Shown one piece after another: positions 26,197 to 36,237 of a stretch of 64,000 bases of DNA (positions within the stretch are counted from its first letter, which is position 1; each line of letters begins with the position of its first letter). Both the position numbers and the translations under genes were made by a program. The DNA is from a virus. The stretch lies in the IMG/VR virus record IMGVR_UViG_3300035661_000054; one strand, given 5' to 3'. Below the pieces are notes generated by a model. That model saw only the letters and a list, made by a program, of their open reading frames with translations, made no database searches and was not told where the DNA came from.

Positions 26197-26207
26197 TTTT
26201 TTATTTT

Positions 26208-26226
26208 AACCCCCTTTACGGGGGTT
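26208..26226 (+). terminator. stem-loop (aaccccctttacgggggtt) after pspA-like gene
   Basis: perfect GC-rich hairpin; weak T tract. Confidence 0.45.
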
Positions 26227-26262
26227 AATTTCTTATCTTCTAATAAATAAAAAGTTTGATTC

Positions 26263-26553
26263 ATGGATAATTACATAGATAAAATTTCTTGCATTAAAAA
26301 ATTAGATGAATATATATGTGGATTGCTTTTTTCAAGTAGAGAGGCTGAAATTCTATTTTTTGCTAAATTTTTATGCAATGGGTGTGAGGTTTGTGCAAAA
26401 AAGTACGAGTTAATTGATTGTAGTTTTAATTCTGAATCTTTTAAGTATGTTGCTATGGATTTAAACGGAAATCATTTAGCTAATTCGAATTCATTATTAG
26501 AAGTTTTAGAGTTTTGCGGTAAACATGATTATTTGAGGTTTATGGATGCGTAA
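26263..26553 (+). CDS. hypothetical Cys-containing protein
   Basis: 96-aa ORF. Confidence 0.4.
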   Translation: MDNYIDKISCIKKLDEYICGLLFSSREAEILFFAKFLCNGCEVCAKKYELIDCSFNSESFKYVAMDLNGNHLANSNSLLEVLEFCGKHDYLRFMDA

Positions 26554-27067
26554 TAAAAAAAATAAAAAGTTTCCTTCATTACTTATGATGTCTGTTCTTG
26601 TTTCTTTGCAAGCTCAAGCTGCAATAACAAATCCAGATCAAGAAGAGTTTTTATGGAGAGATATTAAACAATCTCCAATTAAAGAAGGTGGAGCTGAAAG
26701 TAGTTCTTCTGGTTCTTCTGGTTCTTCTGGTTCTTCTGGTTCGTCATCAAGTTCTTCATCTGGCTCAAATCAAATGTTGTGGTACTTTTTAGGGCAAATG
26801 AGTTCTTCTTTAAATAATGGTTCTAATTATAATAATGGTTCTAATTATAATAATGGTTCTAATTATAATAATAATGCTTATGAAAATAAAAAGTTTGATA
26901 ATCAAGGAAGTTCTTTGAATAGTAATAAAACTTATAATAGTTATTTAAGTAATAGTAATAGTTCAGGTTCATTATTAAGTGATTCTAAAGTCTCCTCTGG
27001 TGGATTTGGTTCTACAGGTGGACGCTCGTCATCTGGTGGCGGTAGTTCAAGCAGTGTAGGTGGTTAA
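26546..27067 (+). CDS. secreted low-complexity Ser/Gly/Asn-rich protein
   Basis: Signal peptide; (GSS)n and (NGSNYN)3 repeats from tandem 9- and 18-nt DNA repeats. Confidence 0.4.
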   Translation: MRNKKNKKFPSLLMMSVLVSLQAQAAITNPDQEEFLWRDIKQSPIKEGGAESSSSGSSGSSGSSGSSSSSSSGSNQMLWYFLGQMSSSLNNGSNYNNGSNYNNGSNYNNNAYENKKFDNQGSSLNSNKTYNSYLSNSNSSGSLLSDSKVSSGGFGSTGGRSSSGGGSSSSVGG

Positions 27068-27467
27068 AATGCAAGATATTAATGTTGTGCTTATTGATGC
27101 AGATGAGATAGATGACTTTCTAAAAGAATATGCACGAGAATATTCTGCTATCAACCCAGAATGTAAAAAACGCGACGATTTTTTTCGCATGTTTCGTAAT
27201 GTCGAACAGTCGCAAGGTATATTTACCAAGGTATACATTGTAAAAGGTATCGATCTTATTGAAGGTAATTTACATGTCTGTGAAAGCAAAGAAGAAGCAG
27301 ATGAATTGTGTGCTTCTTGTAATGAATATCAGAGAAAAGCAAAACGCAATTGGTTTTCTGGTGATTTAGACCCTCTTCATCCATTGGGTGTTTATTCTGA
27401 AAATGGATATTATGTTGTTGAAGCGAATTTTCAGTTCGCAAAGGAAGGTAGAAATGCAAAGCAATAA
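27060..27467 (+). CDS. hypothetical protein
   Basis: 135-aa ORF, somewhat higher GC. Confidence 0.4.
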   Translation: MVKMQDINVVLIDADEIDDFLKEYAREYSAINPECKKRDDFFRMFRNVEQSQGIFTKVYIVKGIDLIEGNLHVCESKEEADELCASCNEYQRKAKRNWFSGDLDPLHPLGVYSENGYYVVEANFQFAKEGRNAKQ

Positions 27468-27662
27468 CGGTGGTTATAACATATCCATAGTAGGTAATTC
27501 TGTAACTGGAATGACTTTTGTTCATAAGTTAGATCTTAGTCGCCAGTTGGTTATGATTGATCCAGGATTAGACACTGGTATGTGCTACGATAAGTTAATG
27601 GAGAGACTCAAGCTTGCCGAGCGCATCAAAAATCGCATTAACAAAAAAATAGGATTAATCTA

Positions 27663-27818
27663 ATGTTCAAAAAAATCATTCCTTGGCTCGGTGGTGGTAT
27701 TATCGTTTTCGCTCTTTCTTGGTACTTAGCAATCAAGTTTGCTATTGTCTTAATTGCTACTGTTATTGGTTTTTTTGCTGGCTTTTCTTATGGGCGTTAC
27801 AAAAATGGCAAGAAATAA
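27663..27818 (+). CDS. small membrane protein (51 aa, MFKKIIPWLGGGIIVFALSWYLAIKFAIVLIATVIGFFAGFSYGRYKNGKK)
   Basis: Two TM helices; preferred over overlapping track ORF 27683-27889 in another frame. Confidence 0.35.
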   Translation: MFKKIIPWLGGGIIVFALSWYLAIKFAIVLIATVIGFFAGFSYGRYKNGKK

Positions 27819-27925
27819 CATTAAGAGGTTTTGATATGTTAAATATTGTTTTTTTTATTGCTTTTTGTTTTAATGTTCTTTATAATTAAAAATATAGTTT
27901 TAGGTGTAATAGTTAAGGAGTTTTT

Positions 27926-28309
27926 ATGTTAGATTTTGTTATGTATTTTTCTTTTTCTATCTTTTCTTTGATTGTTTTTTCTTTTTTATATATTAAGACA
28001 ACTCCTTATAATGAAATTGAATTAATATTTACTGAGGGAAATAAGGCAGCGTCTTACGCATTTATAGGAGCATTAATCGGTTTTACCTTTCCGATTGCAA
28101 GCGTTGCGATTCATTCTCTAAGTTTTGAAGACTTTGCAAAATGGACGATGATTTCAGTGGCTATTCAATTGGTTTTTGCTATTGTTTTAACCAGAGGCTT
28201 TAAGGTTATTGCTAATCAGATTAAATCTGGACTTGATTCAGCGGGTATCTTTTTAGGTGGAAGTCATTTATCTTTAGGGATTATTAACGCTGCTTGTGTT
28301 TCATATTAA
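27926..28309 (+). CDS. membrane protein (3 TM)
   Basis: RBS aaggagtttttATG; hydrophobic segments. Confidence 0.4.
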   Translation: MLDFVMYFSFSIFSLIVFSFLYIKTTPYNEIELIFTEGNKAASYAFIGALIGFTFPIASVAIHSLSFEDFAKWTMISVAIQLVFAIVLTRGFKVIANQIKSGLDSAGIFLGGSHLSLGIINAACVSY

Positions 28310-28322
28310 TTGGGTGTTTTAA

Positions 28323-29195
28323 ATGATTAAATATTTATTAATTTTTATATTGTTTTTTAGTTTTTCTAAACAATCATTTTCAGATACACAAGAAAATGAA
28401 GCAAAACAAGAAGTAAGTGCTAATTCTGAAGTTAAAAAAGAAGATGAAACAAAACAAGAAGTAGGTGTTAATCCTGAAATTAAAAAAGAAAATATAAATA
28501 ATTCTGTTCAATATTATCAAAATTTGATTAATAATAAAGAATGTGGAAGAGCTTTAATTGAGTTGCAAAAACTTAGTTCTTTAAATTCTGGTAAAAGTTC
28601 ATATATATTTGACGCTTTATTTGTAGAGGCAGCTTATTGTGATGGACGATTTACTTATGAAAATAAAAAAGACGCTTTAAAAATTTTAGACTCTATTAAA
28701 AAAGAACAGCCTTTATTGGTTGGTCTTAATAAAGCTGAATTTGAAAGGATTTATAAAGATATTGAAGGTTTAGAGTGTAAAGACTGTACAAGTGGAGGTG
28801 ATATGTTAATAGGATTAATTTCTTTAATTGCATTTTTAGGAGCATTGTATTTATTATTTATTTTGTTTGAAAATAAATTTAAAAAAATAAGCAATGCAAT
28901 TAACTCAAAAAAAGAGTTAGAAAAGATTAAAGTTGAGTTCGATATTATAGAAAATGAAACTTCAATGTTGCTTGATGAAACTATTTTAAAATTTGAAAAT
29001 ATGGTTCAAAAAGCAGAAATTGAAGATAAAAATGGGAAATATGTTGAATTAAATAAATTATTTGATTCTTTGTTTAATATTAAAAAAGAATTTGATTCAA
29101 TTAAAAATGAAGTTAGTTTAATTAACTTGAATAAATTAAAATTTCTAAAGAAAAGAATTAAAAATATTGAGGTTATTTCAAGAGCTTCTTTTTAG
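28323..29195 (+). CDS. signal-peptide protein with short tandem peptide repeats and central TM
   Basis: EAKQEVSANSEVKKEDE / ETKQEVGVNPEIKKENI repeats; TM LIGLISLIAFLGALYLLFILF. Confidence 0.45.
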   Translation: MIKYLLIFILFFSFSKQSFSDTQENEAKQEVSANSEVKKEDETKQEVGVNPEIKKENINNSVQYYQNLINNKECGRALIELQKLSSLNSGKSSYIFDALFVEAAYCDGRFTYENKKDALKILDSIKKEQPLLVGLNKAEFERIYKDIEGLECKDCTSGGDMLIGLISLIAFLGALYLLFILFENKFKKISNAINSKKELEKIKVEFDIIENETSMLLDETILKFENMVQKAEIEDKNGKYVELNKLFDSLFNIKKEFDSIKNEVSLINLNKLKFLKKRIKNIEVISRASF

Positions 29196-29216
29196 GATTA
29201 AGAGAAACCCTGTTTT

Positions 29217-29258
29217 TAAACCCCGATAGGAATTAATCCTGTTGGGGTTTTTCTTTTT
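29217..29258 (+). terminator. rho-independent terminator
   Basis: aaaccccgataggaattaatcctgttggggtttttcttttt. Confidence 0.6.
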
Positions 29259-29394
29259 AAAAGATGATTTTGAGTGGTTCGAATCACTCTTAAAATCATC
29301 TTATTGGGCTAACGCCAGTGAAACAAATTTAAATGTTTTAAAAATTATTTCGATAAAATATAAAATCATTTTTAAAATCATTTAAAATAATGTT

Positions 29395-30222
29395 ATGAAT
29401 ATCAAAACACTTTTAACCCTAAGCCTATTAGCTGCTTCATTTAATGCACAATCAGCGGTTACTGCTTGCCCTTCAGGGTGGACTAAATCGGCTGACGGGT
29501 TAACTTGTGTTTTAGAAACGAAAACCACACAGACACCTAACCAAACATCTAATACTGCTAAACCTGTTTGCATCTCAGGTTTTACCTATTCATCTACTTC
29601 AATGAAATGTGAACAAAATACGATTGCTCCTCAATTTACGGCTAATAAAGCTTACGGATTTACTGGCGGTTTAAAGTTTGGTAATAACCCAGTAGAGCAA
29701 TGTCCTTTAGGAGGTTATTACAGCAATGACTATTGTTTTCTTGATACAAGTGCTGTAACTTATAACAAAGGATATAATTCCCCTCTTCCTTTACAGGGTT
29801 CTGCCACTAAGATATATGATGGTTATGCGCCACCAGATGGAACTGTTTGGACTGATGGTTCAGCGTACATTTTTGGAGATACATTATATTTTAATGTAAA
29901 CGACCCTTTTTCTACTATTAACTCTATAGTATTGTCAGCAGACAATAACGATATTTACAGAATTGACTTTAGTTTAGATGGTTATAATTGGTGGACGGTT
30001 GCAGATATTGATCCTGGTTGTTGTTGGGGTATATTTAGCACACAGGTTAATATTAGTCCTACAAAAACAAGATTTGTTAGAGCATATCCAATATCAGGAG
30101 ATGGAATGTATTCTATCGCTGAATTAAAATTAATGTCTTATGAAACTTCTTATTGTACAAACAAGGGTACTTTGAGTTACAATGGTTGCTCTAAATATTC
30201 TTATTTAGCGACAAAGCCGTGA
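29395..30222 (+). CDS. secreted protein (signal peptide), function unknown
   Basis: MNIKTLLTLSLLAASFNAQSA signal; Cys pairs, G/Y/T-rich. Confidence 0.5.
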   Translation: MNIKTLLTLSLLAASFNAQSAVTACPSGWTKSADGLTCVLETKTTQTPNQTSNTAKPVCISGFTYSSTSMKCEQNTIAPQFTANKAYGFTGGLKFGNNPVEQCPLGGYYSNDYCFLDTSAVTYNKGYNSPLPLQGSATKIYDGYAPPDGTVWTDGSAYIFGDTLYFNVNDPFSTINSIVLSADNNDIYRIDFSLDGYNWWTVADIDPGCCWGIFSTQVNISPTKTRFVRAYPISGDGMYSIAELKLMSYETSYCTNKGTLSYNGCSKYSYLATKP

Positions 30223-30238
30223 ATTCATGATAACCTTT

Positions 30239-30262
30239 AAACCCATCGAATTCGATGGGTTT
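30239..30262. terminator. bidirectional terminator hairpin between convergent genes
   Basis: aaacccatcgaattcgatgggttt. Confidence 0.6.
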
Positions 30263-30276
30263 AAAATAATAAAAAG

Positions 30277-31689
30277 TTAAGAATTACTTAATCTTTGTTC
30301 TGCTTGTTCTGCCAAAGGCGATCTAACAGTATCATTTAATATCAAAGAACCTGAACCACTCCAACCTTGCATTCTTTTAACTACGTGAGTTAACCCAGAA
30401 GTGTTTTCAGTCATGTAAGGCGTATCTATTTGAGCTAAGTTGCCCATACAAATAATTTTAGTTCCTTCGCCCGCTCTGGTTAATAGCATTCTCATTTCTT
30501 TAGGAGATAGATTTTGAGCTTCATCAATAATAATGAATCTATGTTGGAATGAACGACCACGCATAAAGCCAATAGATTTAACTTCAATTTTATCCAATAT
30601 AAATTGCATTGAATCCTTTTTAGCGGATAAAGCTCCGTGTGTTTTCTTTTCTGCTTCTTTGTCAAAATTCATTAAGGATTCAAGGTTATCATACATGTTA
30701 CCCATCCAGGCAGCCATTTTTTCTTCTTCAGTGCCTGGTAGGAAACCTATTTCTTCACCAACAGTAACCGTTGCTCTTGTTATCAATATTTTTGAGTAAA
30801 TATTTTCATCCAACACTTGTTCCAATCCAGCGGCAAGAGTTAAAAGTGTTTTACCAGTTCCAGCAGGTCCTAACAATGTAACAAAAGAAACAGATGGATC
30901 TAATAAAAGATTTAATGCTAAATTTTGCTCAAGATTTTTAGATTTTATACCCCAAACCTTTGACTTGTTTGTGTAATCCATTACTTTTTTAGCTTTAACT
31001 AATTTCCCTTCTTCTGTTTCTTCCAAGTAAACAACTTGATAAAACATATCCTCATCCTCATCTATACAAATAAAGTTATTGTAATTGATTTCTATTTTTG
31101 CTTCTTTATCTAAACAAAATGTAATAAAATCTTTATTTTTTTCATGTTCAGCAATTAAATCTCCACAAAGATCTTCGCAATCTAAATAAACAATTCCTGT
31201 TGATAGTAGCTCATTATCTTTAATAGCGTAATCGTTTTCATAGTCTTCAGTAGTCATTCCAAGAGAGCTGCCTTTAATTCTGACATTAATATCTTTTGAA
31301 ACAAGAATTACGTCTAAATATTTTTTGTTTTTTGATTTATTTGATAATTCAAGTTGAATTAAAGCTTGAGAAATAATAATATTATCGTTTACATTTGAAC
31401 CACTTTTTTCCAAATCTTCTTTACTTAATTTTGAAAAAAACAATCTTCCTAAATTTTCACCCAATTCAAAACCATTATTTAAATCTTCATTGTTAATTAC
31501 TGATTCAATCATTCTTGATGCTTGTCTTGCATTTCTTGATATTTCAGTTTGTCCTTTTTTATGTTTATCTAATTCTTCTAAGACGGTAAAAGGTATAAAT
31601 ACATCATGTTCTTGAAATTTAAAAATAGAACTTGGGTCACTAATTAAAACATTAGTATCTAATACAAATAACTTTTTATTTTTTCTCAT
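30277..31689 (-). CDS. phoH: PIN-domain / PhoH-like ATPase (YlaK-type)
   Basis: N-terminal PIN (FVLDTNVLISDP), C-terminal PhoH core with Walker A LLGPAGTGKT and Walker B IIIDEAQN. Confidence 0.85.
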   Translation of the reverse strand: MRKNKKLFVLDTNVLISDPSSIFKFQEHDVFIPFTVLEELDKHKKGQTEISRNARQASRMIESVINNEDLNNGFELGENLGRLFFSKLSKEDLEKSGSNVNDNIIISQALIQLELSNKSKNKKYLDVILVSKDINVRIKGSSLGMTTEDYENDYAIKDNELLSTGIVYLDCEDLCGDLIAEHEKNKDFITFCLDKEAKIEINYNNFICIDEDEDMFYQVVYLEETEEGKLVKAKKVMDYTNKSKVWGIKSKNLEQNLALNLLLDPSVSFVTLLGPAGTGKTLLTLAAGLEQVLDENIYSKILITRATVTVGEEIGFLPGTEEEKMAAWMGNMYDNLESLMNFDKEAEKKTHGALSAKKDSMQFILDKIEVKSIGFMRGRSFQHRFIIIDEAQNLSPKEMRMLLTRAGEGTKIICMGNLAQIDTPYMTENTSGLTHVVKRMQGWSGSGSLILNDTVRSPLAEQAEQRLSNS

Positions 31690-31835
31690 AAACTTCTCCT
31701 TGAGGGTTGTAAAACCTGGGATGACTCGCTTTCGCCCTTTCTCAAATAAATGTCATCTAACTTTATAAATATTAGCATGGTTAAATATTTTGTTTTACAT
31801 TAAGTGTTGTTTTTTTGGGTTCATTATTTAATTAA

Positions 31836-31864
31836 TTGACATCTGTTGTTTTTTTTGTTAATAT
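31836..31864 (+). promoter_or_regulatory. sigma70-type promoter TTGACA-N17-TGtTAATAT
   Basis: TTGACA 31836-31841; TAATAT 31859-31864. Confidence 0.5.
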
Positions 31865-31872
31865 ATGTTTAA

Positions 31873-32778
31873 TTGGTGCAAAAAGGGGTTTTTATGAAAG
31901 ATAATAGATATGAAGAATTTAATGAAATTGTTAGTCTTTATAAAAATATTGATTTAATAAGTCATGAAGAAGAAAAAGAGCTTTTTAAAGAATATTTGAA
32001 AACTAAAAGTAAAACAGCGAGAGAAAAAATTATACTAAGTTGTATTCCTTATGTTGTTAAAGAAGTTTCAGGAAGAAAAAATGGTTTTCAGAACTTAGAT
32101 TTTGTTGATATGTTTCATGCTGGAGTTTCTGGTATTGTTGAGGCTTTTAATAATTTTTCTTTTGATTTTTCAAATAGGTTTTTTACTTATGCTTACTTTT
32201 ATATTAATAAAGAGATTAAAGGATATATAGAAAAAAACTTTTTTCACAGCTCGGCTTTAACAACAGCTGATAAAAAGAAAGTTTTTTGGTTTCTTTTAAA
32301 AGATAGTAGCAAGGATTACAGAAAATGTGATCAATTTGAGTTAAAAACAATTGTTGATGAGCTTGGTGTTACAATTGGAGATTTTAATTTTGTTATGAAT
32401 GCTTTTTATGGAAATAATTCCGTTTCTTTTAATGAATCATTTGATGAAGATGTTAATTTAAATGAAGAATTTTTAATTGAAAGTGTTAGTTCCGATGTTG
32501 AGGATGAGTTTTTTCTTTCTGTTTATGATGATGTAGAAGGAGAAGACATGGATAACTATTTAAAAGAAGAAATTAAAAAATCTTGTGCTATGCTTAAAGA
32601 TAATGAAAGAGAGATTATTAATTATAGATTTTTAAGCCCAGAAAGTAAGACATTAAAAGAAATTGCTGAAATTATGGGTTTAAGTATGCAGCGTGTGTCC
32701 GTTATTGAAAAAAATGCTAAAGCAAATTTATTTAAAATTATGAGTGATAATGGTTTTGGAGTGGAGTATTTTTATTGA
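31873..32778 (+). CDS. sigma-70 family RNA polymerase sigma factor
   Basis: Region 2-like FSNRFFTYAYFYINKEIKGYI and region 4 HTH TLKEIAEIMGLSMQRVSVIEKNAKANL; real start probably ATG 31894. Confidence 0.65.
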   Translation: MVQKGVFMKDNRYEEFNEIVSLYKNIDLISHEEEKELFKEYLKTKSKTAREKIILSCIPYVVKEVSGRKNGFQNLDFVDMFHAGVSGIVEAFNNFSFDFSNRFFTYAYFYINKEIKGYIEKNFFHSSALTTADKKKVFWFLLKDSSKDYRKCDQFELKTIVDELGVTIGDFNFVMNAFYGNNSVSFNESFDEDVNLNEEFLIESVSSDVEDEFFLSVYDDVEGEDMDNYLKEEIKKSCAMLKDNEREIINYRFLSPESKTLKEIAEIMGLSMQRVSVIEKNAKANLFKIMSDNGFGVEYFY

Positions 32779-33446
32779 TCTTGTTTTTAAAGAGTTTTGT
32801 TTTTGTTGTTTTTGTTGTTCTTATTTTTTACCAGGTTTTTAATAAAGACTTTAATTATTCTTTATTACAAGTAGAAAATTCAGAAAAATTAGATTGGCAT
32901 GATTCTTTTGATATTAATAAAGCTATTGTAGAAATTAACAGCTTGGAAGAAAATGAAAAAATAAAATCAGAGAGTATATCAAGAAAAGATAGAAAAATAT
33001 TAATTGATGGTGAATACTTTATTAATGATAATGATTTAAACTGCATGACAACTGCTATTTATTTTGAATCTAAATCTGAAGATTTTTCAGGCAAGTTAGC
33101 GGTTGCTGATGTAATTAAGTTAAGAATGGAGAGGACTGGTCTTTCCGCTTGCGATGTAATTTTTAAACATGAGACAAAATATAGAAAACACGAATTTATT
33201 AAATCAAAATGTGCTTTTTCTTGGTATTGTAATGGTAAAACAGAAGTATTAAATGATGATGAAATATTTTTATTTGAAGATGCTCGAAAAGCAGCTATTT
33301 ATTCATTGGGCGCTCCGATTAAATTAAAGGCTGATTTTTTTCATTCTATTGATCAGCCATATCCTTATTGGGCTTATCATAAAGATTTTAAATTTGTGAA
33401 ACAAGTTGGAAAACACAGATTTTACCTATCTAAGAACCAATATTGA
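32775..33446 (+). CDS. SleB-like cell-wall hydrolase (Hydrolase_2 family) with N-terminal TM anchor
   Basis: MTTAIYFESKSEDFSGKLAVADVIKLRMERTG...CDVIF matches SleB/CwlJ catalytic domain pattern; candidate endolysin. Confidence 0.65.
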   Translation: MILFLKSFVFVVFVVLIFYQVFNKDFNYSLLQVENSEKLDWHDSFDINKAIVEINSLEENEKIKSESISRKDRKILIDGEYFINDNDLNCMTTAIYFESKSEDFSGKLAVADVIKLRMERTGLSACDVIFKHETKYRKHEFIKSKCAFSWYCNGKTEVLNDDEIFLFEDARKAAIYSLGAPIKLKADFFHSIDQPYPYWAYHKDFKFVKQVGKHRFYLSKNQY

Positions 33447-33514
33447 TTTGATTCTTGTTTTGCTTTTTATAACCAACTAATTACTTACCTATCAATTTAA
33501 AAAAGGGGAAAAAT

Positions 33515-34633
33515 ATGAATATCAATGACATGAAGTTAGCTTTAGAGCGTGAAGAAATTCGAGTTCGTAATGAAACTGTGGATGGTGTTAATTTATCTAT
33601 TGTTTCTTATATGGTAGCAACTCCTGATTTATGGGATGTTGAAAATGCATTGGAGGCTCGTGGCATTACTTTTGACGAAAATGGTAATTGTGTTGCTCGT
33701 ACTATGGAAAAATTCTTTAATGTTGGTGAAAATAAATACACTCAACTTTCTGAATCTGATTTTTTAGGTTCTTATGTTTTTGATAAGCTTGATGGTTCTA
33801 TGATTTCCGTTGTTATGATTAATGGAAAATTATTTGCTAAAAGTAAGAAGTCTTTTTATTCCGATGTTGCTTTAATGGCTCAAAAATTTATTGATATTAA
33901 TCAGAATTATCAAGAATTTTGTAGAAGAATTATTGGTTCTGGTTATACTCCTACATTTGAGTTTGAATCTCCTGATGCTCAAATTGTAGTAGAACAAAAA
34001 GAAGAAAAAATGACTTTGCTTTTGGTTAGGGATATTGAAAGTGGAAAATATCTTGAATTTGATTGTTTAGTAAATTTGGCTAAAGAGTACAATATTCCTG
34101 TTGTAAGTGGCATGTGTTTTGATGATTTTTATAATCGTTTTTTGGTTTCTCAAGATGAAAACTTTTTAGATTTTTTACGAAAAAATGTAAAAGATGTTGA
34201 AGGTTGGGTTTTCTTGTTATCAACTGGACAACGTGTTAAATTAAAAACTGATTGGTATTTGTTGCGTCATCGTTTAACTTCTTATCATGAGAGAAATATT
34301 TTTGATTTAATTATTAATGAAGAGATTGATGATATTATGCCTTTGATTGAGAAAAAAGATGGTGCTGTTGATATTGTTAATCAAATTGGTCATCGTATTG
34401 CTCATTTTTATAAAGTTACTATGGATGAAACTATTGGTTTAGTTAATTTATGGAAAGAACAAGGTTTATCTTTATCTGAGATTGGTAAAAATTACTCAAA
34501 TAATATTTATTTTGGTTTAGCGATCAAATTATTCAAAGAACAAGAGCCAGATTATAAAAAATTTATTGTCAATACTTACCGTAAGGATTTCCACACTAAA
34601 TCTGTTTTTTGGGGTTTTGATACTGATTCCTAA
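33515..34633 (+). CDS. rnlA: RNA ligase 1 (T4 RnlA-like)
   Basis: CVARTMEKFFNVGEN vs T4 IASRPMEKFFNLNEN; LDGSMISVV vs EDGSLVSTY; PTFEFESPDAQIVV...KMTLLLVRDIESGKYLEFD vs T4 ANFEFVAPTNRIVL...KIILLNVRENETGEYISYD. Confidence 0.8.
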   Translation: MNINDMKLALEREEIRVRNETVDGVNLSIVSYMVATPDLWDVENALEARGITFDENGNCVARTMEKFFNVGENKYTQLSESDFLGSYVFDKLDGSMISVVMINGKLFAKSKKSFYSDVALMAQKFIDINQNYQEFCRRIIGSGYTPTFEFESPDAQIVVEQKEEKMTLLLVRDIESGKYLEFDCLVNLAKEYNIPVVSGMCFDDFYNRFLVSQDENFLDFLRKNVKDVEGWVFLLSTGQRVKLKTDWYLLRHRLTSYHERNIFDLIINEEIDDIMPLIEKKDGAVDIVNQIGHRIAHFYKVTMDETIGLVNLWKEQGLSLSEIGKNYSNNIYFGLAIKLFKEQEPDYKKFIVNTYRKDFHTKSVFWGFDTDS

Positions 34634-34644
34634 AGTTTTCTGAA

Positions 34645-34672
34645 GAAACCGCTTAAATTGGGTTTCTTTTTT
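34645..34672 (+). terminator. rho-independent terminator
   Basis: gaaaccgcttaaattgggtttctttttt. Confidence 0.7.
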
Positions 34673-34674
34673 GT

Positions 34675-34703
34675 TTGACTTAATTTGTTGTTTTTGATAT
34701 AAT
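34675..34703 (+). promoter_or_regulatory. sigma70-type promoter TTGACT-N17-TGaTATAAT
   Basis: TTGACT 34675-34680, TGATATAAT 34695-34703. Confidence 0.6.
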
Positions 34704-34730
34704 AAGTAAAAGTTAAATAAGGGAATTTTT

Positions 34731-35102
34731 ATGAGATTTTTATTTTTAATGTTTTTCTCAATATCTGCTTTTGCTGATATGGTTGTGCCAGAAAAAGATA
34801 TTGTTATTGAAAATTACGTTCCTCAATATAAAGATTATCCAGAGTTTATTTGTCAAAAAAATCAAGAAGAAATGTTAGGTAAAAATGAATACCTTGTTAG
34901 TTCTAATGGTTATTTTGCTGATGAATCAACGGCAAGAATTTTCACAGAGAAGTCTGTTCTTAATCTTTATCGTTCTAAAAAAGGAGTTTTAAGCACTTCT
35001 GGCGTTTTAGATTTTTTAACCAATAAGCAATGTATGGAGGTTGCTTTAAAAGATGGTAATCCTTATTATAAAGTTTATCATTTTGTCAGTTTTAAAGATT
35101 GA
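34731..35102 (+). CDS. secreted hypothetical protein
   Basis: Signal peptide MRFLFLMFFSISAFA. Confidence 0.4.
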   Translation: MRFLFLMFFSISAFADMVVPEKDIVIENYVPQYKDYPEFICQKNQEEMLGKNEYLVSSNGYFADESTARIFTEKSVLNLYRSKKGVLSTSGVLDFLTNKQCMEVALKDGNPYYKVYHFVSFKD

Positions 35103-35193
35103 TTTTTAAATCAGTTAATATTTTAATGGTTGATTTTTAAAGCAAATCTTGATATAATATAATTTTCCAATCAATAATTAAGAGGTTCTTATT

Positions 35194-36072
35194 ATGCCTA
35201 ATCATGTCGCAAATATTATCAAGTTTAATAACGTTTCTGATGATGTTCCATCTGAAGTGAAAATTTTTGATGAATCAGTTGTTGCTTTTAAGCTATCTTT
35301 GCTTATTTTAAATGAGCCAAATAATTCTGAATATATTGGTTATCTTGATCATTCAATTTCTGATAAAGATATTGTATTAAAAATTATTAATGATTTTGAT
35401 TTAAAAATTTCTGATGAGTTTATGGTGGGTGTTTTAATGAAATACTCTAAAGATTTGCCTGAAGTTTTCCGATTTAGCGATTTTTATGGAAATAATTATT
35501 TTAATGAAGATGGTACAATTAACCTTGAAAAGCTAAAAGAAAAAATAAAGGATTCTTCATGGGATCATTTAAAGTCTGTAGGGTTTTTTTATACTGATGC
35601 TTGGCGTCCTATGAAGTTGCTTTATGCGGTTGCTGGATTTAATAACACTTTTATTAGATCAGGTATTGTGAAAGATTTTAATTTATATGGTTTAAGTTTT
35701 TTAAGTGGTTATGATGCCAGTGTTAATTATTATGGTACTAAGTGGGGTATTTATAATACCAGTTACGAAAATGGTGTTTTATATTATGAAACCGCCTGGA
35801 GTCCTTTGAATGATGAATCTTTAATTGCTCTGGTTAATTATGTTAAAGAAAAAACTGGAATGATTGCTTACGAACATATTTACGCAGAACAAGGTATTGG
35901 TTTTTGTGGTAATAATATTTTCTTAGTAGAGAATGGTTCTCTTGAGTTTAATATTCGTCGAGAGGATGAATTTTCTTTATTTTATAGTGATGGGGATTGT
36001 TATTTCAATATTGAGAATTCGGAAATGCCTGAATATTTGCGTGAAATGGAAAATTATAGTTTTGGTGGTTAA
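35194..36072 (+). CDS. hypothetical protein
   Basis: 292-aa ORF, promoter TTGATT-N17-TGaTATAAT upstream (35131-35160). Confidence 0.45.
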   Translation: MPNHVANIIKFNNVSDDVPSEVKIFDESVVAFKLSLLILNEPNNSEYIGYLDHSISDKDIVLKIINDFDLKISDEFMVGVLMKYSKDLPEVFRFSDFYGNNYFNEDGTINLEKLKEKIKDSSWDHLKSVGFFYTDAWRPMKLLYAVAGFNNTFIRSGIVKDFNLYGLSFLSGYDASVNYYGTKWGIYNTSYENGVLYYETAWSPLNDESLIALVNYVKEKTGMIAYEHIYAEQGIGFCGNNIFLVENGSLEFNIRREDEFSLFYSDGDCYFNIENSEMPEYLREMENYSFGG

Positions 36073-36073
36073 T

Positions 36074-36102
36074 TTGACTTAGTTGTTTATTTTTGATATA
36101 AT
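36074..36102 (+). promoter_or_regulatory. sigma70-type promoter TTGACT-N17-TGaTATAAT
   Basis: TTGACT 36074-36079, TGATATAAT 36094-36102. Confidence 0.6.
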
Positions 36103-36237
36103 AATCAACAAGAAAGAGAAAAATGGTTAAAATTTTGATGCTGATAAACATTTCCACAAAAGCTCTTTAGATATAATTATAACTTTTGTCAAAACCTTCA
36201 GCTTCTCTTATTTTTTTAATTTTTTGGAGTAATAAAC

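Noticed and set aside
27047-27889. ORFs 27047-27289(-), 27256-27525(-), 27388-27663(+), 27683-27889(+)
   Set aside because: Mutually overlapping or antisense to 27060-27467; 27683-27889 replaced by better small membrane ORF 27663-27818 in another frame; 27388-27663 uncertain and left uncalled
29382-29573. 63-aa minus ORF
   Set aside because: Antisense to signal-peptide gene 29395-30222
30533-30799. 88-aa plus ORF inside phoH (minus)
   Set aside because: Antisense to strongly supported gene
32855-33046. 63-aa minus ORF
   Set aside because: Antisense to SleB-like gene
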